In this document: piece after piece, positions 53,149-63,204 of the stretch
Numbering within the stretch: the first letter of the stretch is position 1
How the letters are laid out: each line of letters opens with the position of its first letter
Assembly: GCA_963765765.1 (NCBI GenBank)
Contig: CAVXYC010000027.1
Location: 96,001-160,000 of the forward strand
Origin: an uncultured Chloroflexia bacterium
GTDB taxonomy: Bacteria > Chloroflexota > UBA6077 > JACCZL01
Direction of reading: 5' to 3'
DNA: 64,000 nt
Notes under the pieces: model-generated
The model's database searches: none
What the model saw: only the letters and a program-made list of their open reading frames with translations
What the model was told of the DNA's origin: nothing
Program-made: the position numbers and the translations under genes

Positions 53149-53646
53149 CTAATTCTCCCGCGCGATCACGAGCGCGCCAATGAGTGCGGCGGTCAGCAGC
53201 ACAGACGCAATCTCGAACGGCAGCACGTAGTTGGTTAGCAGAAGCTGACCTATCCTTTCCGTGGTAGGTGCATTGACCACATCAGTCCGGATGCGCCACG
53301 GCGTTATCAACATGACACTTGTGGTGATCACGAAGACCACCGTGGACAAGATACCCGCTGCAAGGGTTTGCCCCTGACTGGCGAGGCCTGGAATCTCAAC
53401 TTGGCCAGGTGTGAGCATGATCGCGAACAACATCAGGATCATGATGGCGCCGACATAGATGAGGATCTGCGCCACCGCTAGAAAGTCGGCGTTGAGCAGT
53501 AGATAGACCACGGCAACGCCGCCAAACGAAAGGACGAGTGCCAGGGCGCTTCGAACCATCTCCTTTGAGCGGAGCATTCCTACGGCACCGCACAGGCAGA
53601 CGACGACTGCGACCCAGAATGTGATCGCTGCGAATACGTCCGTCAT
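53149..53646 (-). CDS. nuoJ: NADH-quinone oxidoreductase subunit J
   Basis: QILIYVGAIMILMLFAIML, LPFEIASVLL. Confidence 0.92.
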   Translation of the reverse strand: MTDVFAAITFWVAVVVCLCGAVGMLRSKEMVRSALALVLSFGGVAVVYLLLNADFLAVAQILIYVGAIMILMLFAIMLTPGQVEIPGLASQGQTLAAGILSTVVFVITTSVMLITPWRIRTDVVNAPTTERIGQLLLTNYVLPFEIASVLLTAALIGALVIAREN

Positions 53647-53648
53647 GC

Positions 53649-54455
53649 CTATGTGCCCCCATCAGTCTTTGGGGCGCCTCGGCCGATCCCAGCCGCCGCG
53701 GCGCGCTCTTTGTAGATTCGGGCGCGATCGGAGGCGCTCAGCCCCTCGAGATCAGCAGTCTTGGAGAGAGGACCTCCAGGGCCCGCTGGCGCAGCCGAAG
53801 GCGCGACAGCAGCGGGCGCCGGTGGCGCTTCAGTCCCTGTTGGCGTGAGCGGAGCTCCGGGCGCAGGTCGCGAACCCGGCGGGGGGGCGTCGGCTGACGT
53901 TTGTGCTGGGCGGGCCGGAGTGGAGGCCGCCGCTCCGGCTGCACGAGCGGCCGGAGCAGGCCTTTGAGCCGCTGAAGCTTCCTGACCAGACCTTCCGCGC
54001 TTCACACCCTGGATGTACTCCATGGCAGCATCAACCTCAGGCGTACCCGGAATTCGGAGCTGGTGCATATTGAACACCAGCGACTGCTGGCGATCGTATG
54101 TCCCAAGCTCGAAATCGGGCGCCATGACAATCGCCCTGAACGGACATGCTTCAACGCACAGAGCGCACTCAATGCAGCCGCCCATATCGAGGTCGAAGCG
54201 ATCGAGCACCTTTTTGCGATCGGGCCCCGCCTGATATTCAATTTTGATGACATCCACGGGGCACGCAATCGCGCATGCGCCACATGAGGTGCAGCGGAGC
54301 TCACCGTTCTCCAATTCGTAAATTAGGCGGGGCCGACCACGAGTCCAGGGCGGCATCTCCATCTTCTCTTCCGGGTATTGAATGGTCACCGGCTTCGAGA
54401 AGAAGAAGTGCCGAAGCGTCGTCGCCATGCCCGCCAGAATTCCGAGTCCCAGCAT
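53649..54455 (-). CDS. nuoI: NADH-quinone oxidoreductase subunit I with a long C-terminal extension
   Basis: VTIQYPEE, CTSCGACAIACP, CIECALCVEACP. Confidence 0.92.
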   Translation of the reverse strand: MLGLGILAGMATTLRHFFFSKPVTIQYPEEKMEMPPWTRGRPRLIYELENGELRCTSCGACAIACPVDVIKIEYQAGPDRKKVLDRFDLDMGGCIECALCVEACPFRAIVMAPDFELGTYDRQQSLVFNMHQLRIPGTPEVDAAMEYIQGVKRGRSGQEASAAQRPAPAARAAGAAASTPARPAQTSADAPPPGSRPAPGAPLTPTGTEAPPAPAAVAPSAAPAGPGGPLSKTADLEGLSASDRARIYKERAAAAGIGRGAPKTDGGT

Positions 54456-54461
54456 CGTCGA

Positions 54462-55523
54462 TTACCTCGGCATCAGGTGCGGCAATACGAACGCGACCGC
54501 GAGCGCCGTCAATGCGACGTTCGCCAATGCGATCGGGAAGAGCCGCTTCCACGCGAAATGCATCAATTGGTCGTAGCGGAGTCTCGGCAACGTTCCGCGG
54601 AACCAGAAGAATACGAAGATCAGGGCACTCACCTTGCCCATGAACCAGATGTACGGCGGCAGAATCGGCCCGTCCCAGCCTCCCAGAAAGAACACCGCGC
54701 CCAGCGCCGAGATGACGAAGACGTTGGCGTACTCCGCCAAGAAGAACAGGGCGAAACGCATACCGCTGTATTCGGTATGAAAACCGGCGATGATCTCTGA
54801 TTCAGCCTCTACCAGGTCAAAGGGCGTCCGATTGCTCTCCGCGGTTCCAGCGATCAAGAAGATTAGGAATGCCAGCGGCCCAATGGGGAAGAAAAAAATG
54901 TACCACAGACCTCCGGACTGCGCCTTAACGATGTCCTGAAGCGACATCGAGCTAGCCAGGAGTACAGGTACAAGGACCGCCAAAATGCCAGGTATCTCGT
55001 AGCTTACGAACTGAGCAGCCGCACGCATGCCTCCCAACAGTGAGTACTTGTTGTCAGAGGCCCAGCCCGCCATGACGAAGCCAATGCTCGGCAAGCCGCT
55101 CATGGCGATAACAAAGAGGACCGCGACGTTGAGATCCGCCACCGCCAGCCCTGGTGCAAACGGAATAACCGCCCAGACCATGAGCGAAGCGCCCAGGACA
55201 ATGATTGGCGAGAGAGCGAACAACAGCCTGTCCGCACCCGCGGGGACAATGTCTTCCTTCGTCAGCAGCTTCACCGCGTCAGCGACCGGCTGCAGGAGTC
55301 CGAACGGCCCTACACGGTTCGGCCCATATCGATCCTGCATACGGGCGATGACCTTGCGCTCGAAATATACCAGCGCCATCACTACAACCGGGATGATCGC
55401 GAAGAGAATGGCGATGCCAAGGAGGCTCAAGATGGCGCTGGCGAGCCAGTCAGGCATGAAACTGACTAACACACCGTAAAGCAGGTCTCGGATAAAGCCG
55501 AATGGGTTGTAGATGAAATCCAC
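54462..55523 (-). CDS. nuoH: NADH-quinone oxidoreductase subunit H
   Basis: ERKVIARMQDRYGPNRVG, NRTPFDLVEAESE, PRLRYDQLM. Confidence 0.95.
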   Translation of the reverse strand: MDFIYNPFGFIRDLLYGVLVSFMPDWLASAILSLLGIAILFAIIPVVVMALVYFERKVIARMQDRYGPNRVGPFGLLQPVADAVKLLTKEDIVPAGADRLLFALSPIIVLGASLMVWAVIPFAPGLAVADLNVAVLFVIAMSGLPSIGFVMAGWASDNKYSLLGGMRAAAQFVSYEIPGILAVLVPVLLASSMSLQDIVKAQSGGLWYIFFFPIGPLAFLIFLIAGTAESNRTPFDLVEAESEIIAGFHTEYSGMRFALFFLAEYANVFVISALGAVFFLGGWDGPILPPYIWFMGKVSALIFVFFWFRGTLPRLRYDQLMHFAWKRLFPIALANVALTALAVAFVLPHLMPR

Positions 55524-56662
55524 TAGCGGTCGACCTCGCCCATAACGATATCGAAGCTTCCCAGGATGACCACTGCATCCGCGACCTTATGTCCAATGAC
55601 GAGTTGAGACAGGACGCCGAGGTTGATGAAGCTGGGAGCACGGACCTTGAATCGATAGGGCGACGTGGTGCCGTCAGAAATCAGGAAGAAGCCGAGCTCC
55701 CCTTTGGGGGCCTCAATTCGGGCGTATGCAGAGCCTTTGGGGGGACGAAGTACTTTGGGTAGCCGCGCACGGAACTCACCCTCGGGAATGTCCGCTAACG
55801 CCTGCTTGAGAATGCGTACTGACTCACGCATCTCCGCGACACGAACCAGGTAGCGATCGTAGCAATCGCCGTTGTATCGAATCGGGACGTCCCAGTCGAA
55901 GCGATCGTAGATTCCGTAGGGCTCCGCACGTCGGACGTCGTAATTGATGCCGCTGGCGCGCGCGATTGGACCGGTGATGCTAAAGGCCTTGGCGAGATCG
56001 GGTGGAAGGTACCCAACGCCGATCGTACGCGCCCTGAAGATCTCGTTGTTCGTGAGAAGTGACTCATACTCATCGATCTTGCCCGGCATCTCGTCAACAA
56101 AAGCGCGGGCCTTCTCGATGAACTCGGGAGTCAGATCACGCGCGACGCCGCCAAAGCGTATGTAACTCGGGTTCATGCGCACGCCCGCGCACAGCCCAAA
56201 AAGATCAAGAATCACCTCGCGCTCACGGAACGCGTACACCAGCGGAGTGAACCACGTGCCCACGTCTGCGCCAAATGTGCCGATTGCCACAAGGTGACTG
56301 GCCAAGCGATTCAGCTCGACCGTAATGACTCGGATGAAGTCACCGCGCTCAGGAATCTCGAGACCGGTAAGCTTTTCTACGGCCAATGCATAGGCAAGGT
56401 TATTGGACATCGGGGCCAGATAATCCATGCGGTCTGTCAGTGTTACCGCCTGGACCCACGTTCGCGCCTCACCGAGCTTCTCGGTAGATCGATGGAGGTA
56501 GCCCATGACGGGTCGCGCGGAAATAACCGTCTCGCCGTCGAGCTGCAGGACCAGTCGAAATACCCCATGCGTGCTGGGGTGCTGTGGTCCCATGTTGAGG
56601 GTCATCTTCCCCTCTTCAGTGGCTTCCGCCACCTCCATGGTCGCGCCCTCAAACATACTCAA
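55523..56662 (-). CDS. nuoD: NADH-quinone oxidoreductase subunit D
   Basis: NMGPQHPSTHGVFRL, DRMDYL, EAPKGELG, DIVMGEVDR; no NiFe CxxC motifs. Confidence 0.95.
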   Translation of the reverse strand: MSMFEGATMEVAEATEEGKMTLNMGPQHPSTHGVFRLVLQLDGETVISARPVMGYLHRSTEKLGEARTWVQAVTLTDRMDYLAPMSNNLAYALAVEKLTGLEIPERGDFIRVITVELNRLASHLVAIGTFGADVGTWFTPLVYAFREREVILDLFGLCAGVRMNPSYIRFGGVARDLTPEFIEKARAFVDEMPGKIDEYESLLTNNEIFRARTIGVGYLPPDLAKAFSITGPIARASGINYDVRRAEPYGIYDRFDWDVPIRYNGDCYDRYLVRVAEMRESVRILKQALADIPEGEFRARLPKVLRPPKGSAYARIEAPKGELGFFLISDGTTSPYRFKVRAPSFINLGVLSQLVIGHKVADAVVILGSFDIVMGEVDR

Positions 56663-56724
56663 ACTCCGATGCCAGTCCTGAGGCTGCCGAGCCGCACCGC
56701 GGAATAACGACCGTCATCGCGCCC

Positions 56725-57552
56725 TCAACCATGGTCATACTCCGACGTTCGTCCCGAGAGCGGCGCTTCGCGCTGTTGCTCAGCTCCATAACGAAGATGG
56801 TGAACCAGGACGTACTGGAAGTCCATCTCGAAGTCCTTACGCAGCGGGTGCCCTGGGAAATCGTCGTCCAGAAGAATGCGTCGAAGCTCGGGGTGTCCGG
56901 CGAACTTAATGCCCATGAGGTCGTAGACTTCGCGCTCCTGGTAATCGGCACCCGGCCATAACGGGGTCAGCGAATCGACCAACGGGTTCGCCTCAGGCTC
57001 CAAAGAAACTCTGAGCACGAGACAACCCGGTTGCTTCGCATAGTCATACCCGTAGAGGTGATAGAGCAGCTCCAGGCGATCTTTCCAGTCAACGGCCGTT
57101 ATGGATGACAGATAGTCGTAGCCAAGCTCATCACGCGCGGCTCGCGCCGCCGCGACAAGATTGTCACGATCTATCGTCACTTCAACGTATCCATGAACAC
57201 GCTCCCACTTGAGATCGGGGGCAATGCCCTTGAGCACAGGGAGCTCGGAGGGATCTGGCTCAGGCTCTTCTACCTTAGGTTCCGGCGCGGGCTTGGCAGC
57301 CGCGGCAGGTGCAGGAGCCGCCGGCTTTGGTGCAGCAGGAGCCGTGGGCGCAGGAGCGGACGGTACAGCGGCGGCTGGCGCGGGCGGAGGTGCCGCTGCC
57401 GGGGCGGGCGCATCAGCGCTTGCCGCTGCCGGCGCACGGCCAATACCCGCTGCGGCGGCGCGCTCCTTGTAAATCCGCGCGCGCTCCGACGGAGTTAAGT
57501 TGGCAATGTCGTCCGTCTTAGCGAGCGGGTTGCCGATTGGTTCATCAGCCAT
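56725..57552 (-). CDS. nuoC: NADH-quinone oxidoreductase subunit C with a long N-terminal extension
   Basis: EREVYDLMGIKFAGHPELRRIL...GHPLRKDF. Confidence 0.92.
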   Translation of the reverse strand: MADEPIGNPLAKTDDIANLTPSERARIYKERAAAAGIGRAPAAASADAPAPAAAPPPAPAAAVPSAPAPTAPAAPKPAAPAPAAAAKPAPEPKVEEPEPDPSELPVLKGIAPDLKWERVHGYVEVTIDRDNLVAAARAARDELGYDYLSSITAVDWKDRLELLYHLYGYDYAKQPGCLVLRVSLEPEANPLVDSLTPLWPGADYQEREVYDLMGIKFAGHPELRRILLDDDFPGHPLRKDFEMDFQYVLVHHLRYGAEQQREAPLSGRTSEYDHG

Positions 57553-57572
57553 ACGTTCTTCTTGTCTCCGCT

Positions 57573-58178
57573 CTAGCTCTTGTTAGCGGTGGCTTCCATA
57601 TTGATCTTGCGCTGAAGCTGGATAACCGCGTGCAGTAGCGCATCTGGCCGGGGCGGACACCCCGCGATGTACACGTCAACCGGGAGGAAATTATCGATCC
57701 CCGGAACGGTGCTATACGAGCCCTGATAAGGGCCGCCGGCGATCACGCAGGTCCCCATGGCAATGACGTACTTCGGGTCCGACATCTGGTCATAGAGTCG
57801 GCGCACCGCGGGCGCCATCTTCGTTGTGACGGTGCCCGAGACGATCATCACGTCTGCCTGCCGCGGTGACGGACGAAACACCTCTGCTCCGAATCGGGCG
57901 ATGTCAAACCGAGCAGTACCTACGGCCATCATCTCGATAGCACAGCAGGCGAGCCCAAATGTCATTGGCCAGAGCGATGAAGTCCGCGCCCAGGCGATGA
58001 GCGAGTCCAGCGAGGTGACCATTGCGTGGCCCTTGAGGTCCCACGGAACGTCAAGTCGAGACTCGAGAATCTGATCTGCCGGGAGGGGCTGGGCGAAATC
58101 GAGCGTCGTCCGGTCGTCGTCAATGTTAATGACCTTCGGATACTCCTGATTGAACTTGTCGTGGTTATTTACTGACAT
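57573..58178 (-). CDS. nuoB: NADH-quinone oxidoreductase subunit B
   Basis: [28 protein letters not shown]. Confidence 0.95.
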   Translation of the reverse strand: MSVNNHDKFNQEYPKVINIDDDRTTLDFAQPLPADQILESRLDVPWDLKGHAMVTSLDSLIAWARTSSLWPMTFGLACCAIEMMAVGTARFDIARFGAEVFRPSPRQADVMIVSGTVTTKMAPAVRRLYDQMSDPKYVIAMGTCVIAGGPYQGSYSTVPGIDNFLPVDVYIAGCPPRPDALLHAVIQLQRKINMEATANKS

Positions 58179-58202
58179 TGGCCTGGCTCCGTTGGGCGCC
58201 CT

Positions 58203-58559
58203 TTACATCCACTCAAGGTCACCCTTACGCCACGCGTAGGCGTAGCCTACAAGCAAGAACGCGACAAAGATGCCCATCTCAATCAGGGCGAAAAGGCCAA
58301 GCTGGTCGAAAGCCACGGCCCACGGAAAGAGGAAGAGCACCTCCACGTCAAAGATGACGAAGATGAGCGCGTAAAGATAATAACGAGTGCGGAACTGGAT
58401 GTGCGTTGGCCCGATTGTGGTCATGCCGCTCTCATACGGCTGCGATTTCACGGTGTCCGGACGCTTCGGCGCCACGAGCCGCGAAAGCCCCAGTGGCACC
58501 ATCGGAAAGATCAGCGCAACGATGAGAAAGAGCGCAACAGGACCATAAGATTCAAGCAA
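58203..58559 (-). CDS. nuoA: NADH-quinone oxidoreductase subunit A
   Basis: PYESG, YYLYALIFVIFDVEVLFLFPWA. Confidence 0.93.
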   Translation of the reverse strand: MLESYGPVALFLIVALIFPMVPLGLSRLVAPKRPDTVKSQPYESGMTTIGPTHIQFRTRYYLYALIFVIFDVEVLFLFPWAVAFDQLGLFALIEMGIFVAFLLVGYAYAWRKGDLEWM

Positions 58560-58861
58560 AGTTCGCCCACGTCTCCTTGGCAGGGGGTCCGTTGGCCATT
58601 ATATGCAACCGGAGAGTGCGTTGGACGTTGGCCCAGGCTCAACCACTTTGCCCGAAGACTGCCTGGTGCGCCGGTGTCGTGAGTCCGCGTTTTGTCTCGT
58701 CTCAGTCTGCGCAAGGTGCAACTGAGGGCGAGCCACGCACCGCACTCGAAGCCACTTCTTGCAAAGGGCGATTGCGTTGTGCACGGTCTGCCCCTTCACT
58801 TCAGTCCCACGTTCCAAAGGGCGCGTGATAGCATCCGGCAATCTACAGAATCGGAGATTGC

Positions 58862-60292
58862 ATGGCGCCGCGAGACCTTCGCGCATTCATCAAACAACTC
58901 GAGCAGGCTGGTGAGCTTCGACGCATCGCCGCAGAGGTCAGTCCCCATCTAGAGATCACCGAGATTGCCGATCGAGTCATGAAGACGGGTGGCCCCGCCC
59001 TTCTTTTTGAGAACGTCGAAGGCTCAACAATGCCGGTGCTGATCAACGCGCTCGGATCACGGCGTCGGATGAGCATGGCACTGGGAGTCGACGATCTGGA
59101 CGAGCATGCTCAACGCATTCGGAAGCTCGTCACCATGGCACCGCCATCCGACCTTGCGGGCAAGCTCCGCGCGCTTGGAGATTTGAAGGATATCGCCAGC
59201 ATCGGTCCGCGAGGTGTATCGCACGGCCCGTGTCAGGAAGTGATCGTTCCAGAGCCATCGCTGAAGCAGCTTCCGGTTCTCACTTGCTGGCCTGATGATG
59301 GTGGCCCCTACATCACCCTTGGACTAGTGTTTACGCGCGATCCGCGCACCGCCCGCCGTAACGTTGGGCTCTATCGCGTTCAGGTCTACAACGAGCGAGA
59401 GGCGGCAATGCACTGGCAGATCCACAAGGGCGGTGCGGATCATTACCGTGAAGCCGGTAAGCGGCTGGAAGTTGCCGTCGTCATTGGCGCCGATCCAGCC
59501 ACGGTCTACAGCGCATCCGCGCCGTTGCCACCAACAATCGACGAACTGCTCTTCGCCGGCTTCCTCCGCCGAGCCCCCGTCGAGACGGTGAAATGCCGCA
59601 CCGTTGATATCGAAGTGCCCGCGCAGGCTGAGATCGTACTGGAAGGTTACGTGGATCCGGATGATCTACGGGTCGAGGGCCCGTTTGGCGACCACACCGG
59701 CTACTATTCACTTGCCGACAACTACCCCGTCTTTCATCTAACGATGATGACGCACCGACGTAATCCGATCTATCACACGACCATCGTTGGACAGCCGCCC
59801 ATGGAGGACTACTACATGGGTAAGGCCACGGAGCGACTTTTCCTTCCGCTCATGCAGCTCGTTGCCCCGGAGATCGTGGACGTCAATATGCCGGCGGAGG
59901 GCGTGTTCCACAACCTTGTGCTCGTCTCCATCAAGAAGAGATTCCCCGGTCATGCGCACAAGGTCATGTATGCGCTCTGGGGCATGGGGCAGATGATGTT
60001 CGCTCGCAACATCATCGTTCTGGATGACGACGTGGACGTGCAGAACCTTTCCGAGGTTGCCTGGCGGGTGACCGCGAATGTCGATGCACGGCGAGATCTC
60101 GTCATCCTGGATGGCCCTGTTGACGTCCTCGACCACGCCTCGCCCCAGCCGCTCATCGGCGGGAAGCTGGGTATCGACGCCACGCGCAAGACACCCGCGG
60201 ACGGCTACACCCGGGAGTGGCCGCCCGATATCGTGATGTCGCCAGACATCAAAGCGCTGGTGGATCGTCGGTGGAGTGAATACGGGATCTAG
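58862..60292 (+). CDS. UbiD-family decarboxylase (menaquinone biosynthesis, MqnL-like)
   Basis: EITEIADR, WPDDGGPYIT, EGPFGDHTGYYS, GKLGIDATRK. Confidence 0.9.
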   Translation: MAPRDLRAFIKQLEQAGELRRIAAEVSPHLEITEIADRVMKTGGPALLFENVEGSTMPVLINALGSRRRMSMALGVDDLDEHAQRIRKLVTMAPPSDLAGKLRALGDLKDIASIGPRGVSHGPCQEVIVPEPSLKQLPVLTCWPDDGGPYITLGLVFTRDPRTARRNVGLYRVQVYNEREAAMHWQIHKGGADHYREAGKRLEVAVVIGADPATVYSASAPLPPTIDELLFAGFLRRAPVETVKCRTVDIEVPAQAEIVLEGYVDPDDLRVEGPFGDHTGYYSLADNYPVFHLTMMTHRRNPIYHTTIVGQPPMEDYYMGKATERLFLPLMQLVAPEIVDVNMPAEGVFHNLVLVSIKKRFPGHAHKVMYALWGMGQMMFARNIIVLDDDVDVQNLSEVAWRVTANVDARRDLVILDGPVDVLDHASPQPLIGGKLGIDATRKTPADGYTREWPPDIVMSPDIKALVDRRWSEYGI

Positions 60293-60440
60293 TCGTCAGC
60301 ACCCTCTGCAATACGCCGCTGATCCGCTAAGTTCCCATGCTTAGGTCTCGGGTAACCCACCCGGCCAGGACTCCCCGGTGGTGCGCCCTGAAATTTTCCA
60401 TTCGTTACACTTCTTGCGGATCTGATCAAGGAGCCGGCTA

Positions 60441-61283
60441 CTGAAACTCCTTCTCGAAAACGTCAAATTCGAGCACACCATCTTCGCACTGCCGTTTGCC
60501 TACCTGGGGATGGTGCTGGCGGCCGGCGGCTGGCCTACCTGGCACCAGCTGATCTGGGTAACGGTTGCGATGGCCGCGGCGCGAACGATGGCCATGTCGC
60601 TCAATCGCGCCATCGATCGGGAGATTGACGCCAGGAACCCGCGCACCGCGATACGTCCGATTCCTAGCGGCCGACTGAGCGTCAGCAAGGTATGGATCGC
60701 GGCAGGCGTTTCGGCCGGAGTACTCACCTTCGCTGCCTGGCAGCTTAATGAGCTGGCAGTAAAGCTGCTGCCCGTGGCGATGATCATCCTCACTCTGTAC
60801 CACTACACCAAACGGTTCACCTGGCTCTGCCATCTGGGGCTTGGCATTGCCGATGGAGGCGCCCCACTGGGTGGGTGGCTGGCCGTGACAGGCGCCATCG
60901 ACCCACCGGCCTGGCTCCTGTTCATCGCCGTAACAACGTGGGTGGGGGGCTTTGATCTCATTTACGCATGCCAGGACGTCGACTTCGACCGCGCCAACGG
61001 CTTGCATTCCGTCCCGGTGCGCTTCGGCATAGCCAAAAGCCTATGGTCCGCGCGCATTTCGCATCTCATCACGCTGCTCGCGCTGGCCGGCGTCGGTTTC
61101 ATGCTCAATCTTGGGCCGCTGTACTGGGCCGGATGGCTAGCCGCGCTTGGGCTGTTAGCGTACGAGCATAGTCTGGTCTCCCCACGCGATCTGTCGAAAC
61201 TGAATGTCGCGTTCTTCAATATCAATGGCTACATTGGCGTGATCGTTCTCGGATTCACGCTGGCAGCCGTGCTCGCGCGCTGA
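60441..61283 (+). CDS. UbiA-family prenyltransferase (MqnP-like), CTG start
   Basis: KFEHTIFALPFAY, NRAIDREIDARNPRTA, DLIYACQDVDFD; AAGGAG 7 nt before CTG 60441; in-frame TGA at 60423. Confidence 0.88.
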   Translation: MKLLLENVKFEHTIFALPFAYLGMVLAAGGWPTWHQLIWVTVAMAAARTMAMSLNRAIDREIDARNPRTAIRPIPSGRLSVSKVWIAAGVSAGVLTFAAWQLNELAVKLLPVAMIILTLYHYTKRFTWLCHLGLGIADGGAPLGGWLAVTGAIDPPAWLLFIAVTTWVGGFDLIYACQDVDFDRANGLHSVPVRFGIAKSLWSARISHLITLLALAGVGFMLNLGPLYWAGWLAALGLLAYEHSLVSPRDLSKLNVAFFNINGYIGVIVLGFTLAAVLAR

Positions 61284-61308
61284 TGCAGCGTTTATCTGTA
61301 GGCATCCA

Positions 61309-62046
61309 GTGACCCAGTCCCAGCCACATCCTATTCTGCCGAATAGCCAGGATCGCTCCCGCTTCGTCAGCGAGATGTTCGGTCGAATTGCATCGCGTTA
61401 CGATCTGATGAATACCGTCATGACGTTCGGTCAGGATGCATGGTGGCGGCGCCTGGCTGTTGCAGCGGCAGCTCCGCCTACCGATGGCGTGGCGCTGGAC
61501 GTTGGTACCGGCACGGGAAAAGTCGCTTTCGATCTCGCCCGCCGGATGACTGGCGGACGGGTCATCGCGAGCGACTTCTCCGAGGCAATGCTTCGCCAGG
61601 GGCAGCGTTCCCTTGAATCCACGCCCGCGGCGCGCCGGGTCCAGTTTGTTGTCGGAGATGCACTGCACCTGCCCTGCCCGAACGCCAGCATGGATTGCGT
61701 CACATCGGCCTTCACCGTGCGGAATCTCACGAGCGCGGTGGAGGGCTTCCGCGAGATGGCCAGAGTGACTCGCCCGGGCGGGCGTGTTGTCTGCCTTGAG
61801 ATCACACGATTGGATAATCCATTGCAGCGCAAGCTCTTCGGTATCTATTTCAGCGGCCTCGTTCCACTTATCGGCCGGCTCATTAGCGGTGACGACACGG
61901 CGTATCGCTATCTTCCGGCTTCAGTAGACGCATTCCACAATCCTTATGAGCTGGCGGTCCAGATGCGCGAAGCCGGCCTGGTCTTCATCACGCGGAGAAT
62001 GCTGGGCATGGGCACCGTCACAATGCTGACGGGCACCAAGCCCTAG
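61309..62046 (+). CDS. menG: demethylmenaquinone methyltransferase (UbiE/MenG)
   Basis: MFGRIASRYDLMN, LDVGTGTG, RVTRPGG, AYRYLPASV. Confidence 0.9.
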   Translation: MTQSQPHPILPNSQDRSRFVSEMFGRIASRYDLMNTVMTFGQDAWWRRLAVAAAAPPTDGVALDVGTGTGKVAFDLARRMTGGRVIASDFSEAMLRQGQRSLESTPAARRVQFVVGDALHLPCPNASMDCVTSAFTVRNLTSAVEGFREMARVTRPGGRVVCLEITRLDNPLQRKLFGIYFSGLVPLIGRLISGDDTAYRYLPASVDAFHNPYELAVQMREAGLVFITRRMLGMGTVTMLTGTKP

Positions 62047-62071
62047 TTGGATCGTGGACCCTAGGCAATCA

Positions 62072-63076
62072 CTAAACCGGGGTCAGGCTGTCTCGAAACA
62101 CAGTGAAATGCTCTAGCGCCCGACCTGAGCCAATGGCAACGCACGTCAGCGGATCATCCGCCACATAAGCGGGAACTCCCGTAGCGCGCACGAGAAGCTT
62201 CTCGATATTTCTTAGAAGGGCGCCGCCGCCCGTAAGGATCATGCCACGGTCCACCACGTCGGAGGCAAGCTCAGGAGGAGTCTGCTCCAGCACAGTCTTC
62301 ACGCTCGTGACTATAGAAACGAGAGCGTCGCTGATTGCATCGGTCACTTCCTCGGAGCTGATAATTCGTGTTCGCGGGAGCCCCTCAACCTGATGCAGGC
62401 CACGGACCTCCATCTCGAGCGGCGGATCAAGCTGCAGAGCGCTGCCGATCTGGAGTTTGACGTCCTCTGCGGTACGCTCGCCGACGATGAGGTTGTACTT
62501 TTTCCGAATGTAGGTGGCGATCATCTCGTCGATTTTGTTGCCGGCAACTCGGGTTGAATTGCTGACAACGATGTCGTTGAGCGAGATCACGGCCGCCTCG
62601 GTAGTTCCCCCACCGATGTCCACCACCATATTCCCGCTGGCGCTGTGGATGGGCACATTCGCGCCAATCGCCGCTGCCAGAGGCTCCGGAATGAGGTGCG
62701 CTTCCTTAGCGCCAGCCTGAATTGTGGCGTCCAGTACCGCGCGGCTCTCCACATTGGTCACACCCGCCGGTATACAGACCATGACAACGGGGCGGAAGAT
62801 ACTGAAGCGTCCACAGACTTTTCGAATGAAGTATCGCAGCATTGCTTCGGTGATCATGTAGTCGGCGATGACGCCATCGCGCATCGGACGAGATACGGCG
62901 ATGCGACCGGGTGTTCGTCCCAGCATAGAGCGAGCCTCAGTCCCGACTGCCATCACACGATTGTCCGCGGTGGAATAGGCGACAACGGAAGGCTCGTTCA
63001 ACACAATGCCTTGACCGCGAACATAAACAAGTACGTTCGCAGTGCCGAGGTCAATTCCGATGTGCTTACCAAACAT
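62072..63076 (-). CDS. mreB: rod shape-determining protein MreB/Mbl
   Basis: [38 protein letters not shown]. Confidence 0.93.
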   Translation of the reverse strand: MFGKHIGIDLGTANVLVYVRGQGIVLNEPSVVAYSTADNRVMAVGTEARSMLGRTPGRIAVSRPMRDGVIADYMITEAMLRYFIRKVCGRFSIFRPVVMVCIPAGVTNVESRAVLDATIQAGAKEAHLIPEPLAAAIGANVPIHSASGNMVVDIGGGTTEAAVISLNDIVVSNSTRVAGNKIDEMIATYIRKKYNLIVGERTAEDVKLQIGSALQLDPPLEMEVRGLHQVEGLPRTRIISSEEVTDAISDALVSIVTSVKTVLEQTPPELASDVVDRGMILTGGGALLRNIEKLLVRATGVPAYVADDPLTCVAIGSGRALEHFTVFRDSLTPV

Positions 63077-63204
63077 TTAGCGCGTCGGGCCCGTGAAGCT
63101 AGTGCGTGAAGCGAGTATCACCTGTAGCAAAACGCGTGATGTGTAGGCTCGCTGTGGAAAGCGGCTCAACATAGAAGACTCTGAGTTATGCTGGCCGCCT
63201 GGGC

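Noticed and set aside
56641-56745. 12-bp direct repeat TCGCGCCCTCAA at the nuoC-nuoD junction
   Set aside because: Too short and without TIRs; may reflect a frameshifted longer nuoD N-terminus.
60321-60422. Long-range pairing GATCCGCTAAG/CTTGCGGATC upstream of the prenyltransferase
   Set aside because: Only 10 bp with a bulge in GC-rich DNA, expected by chance.
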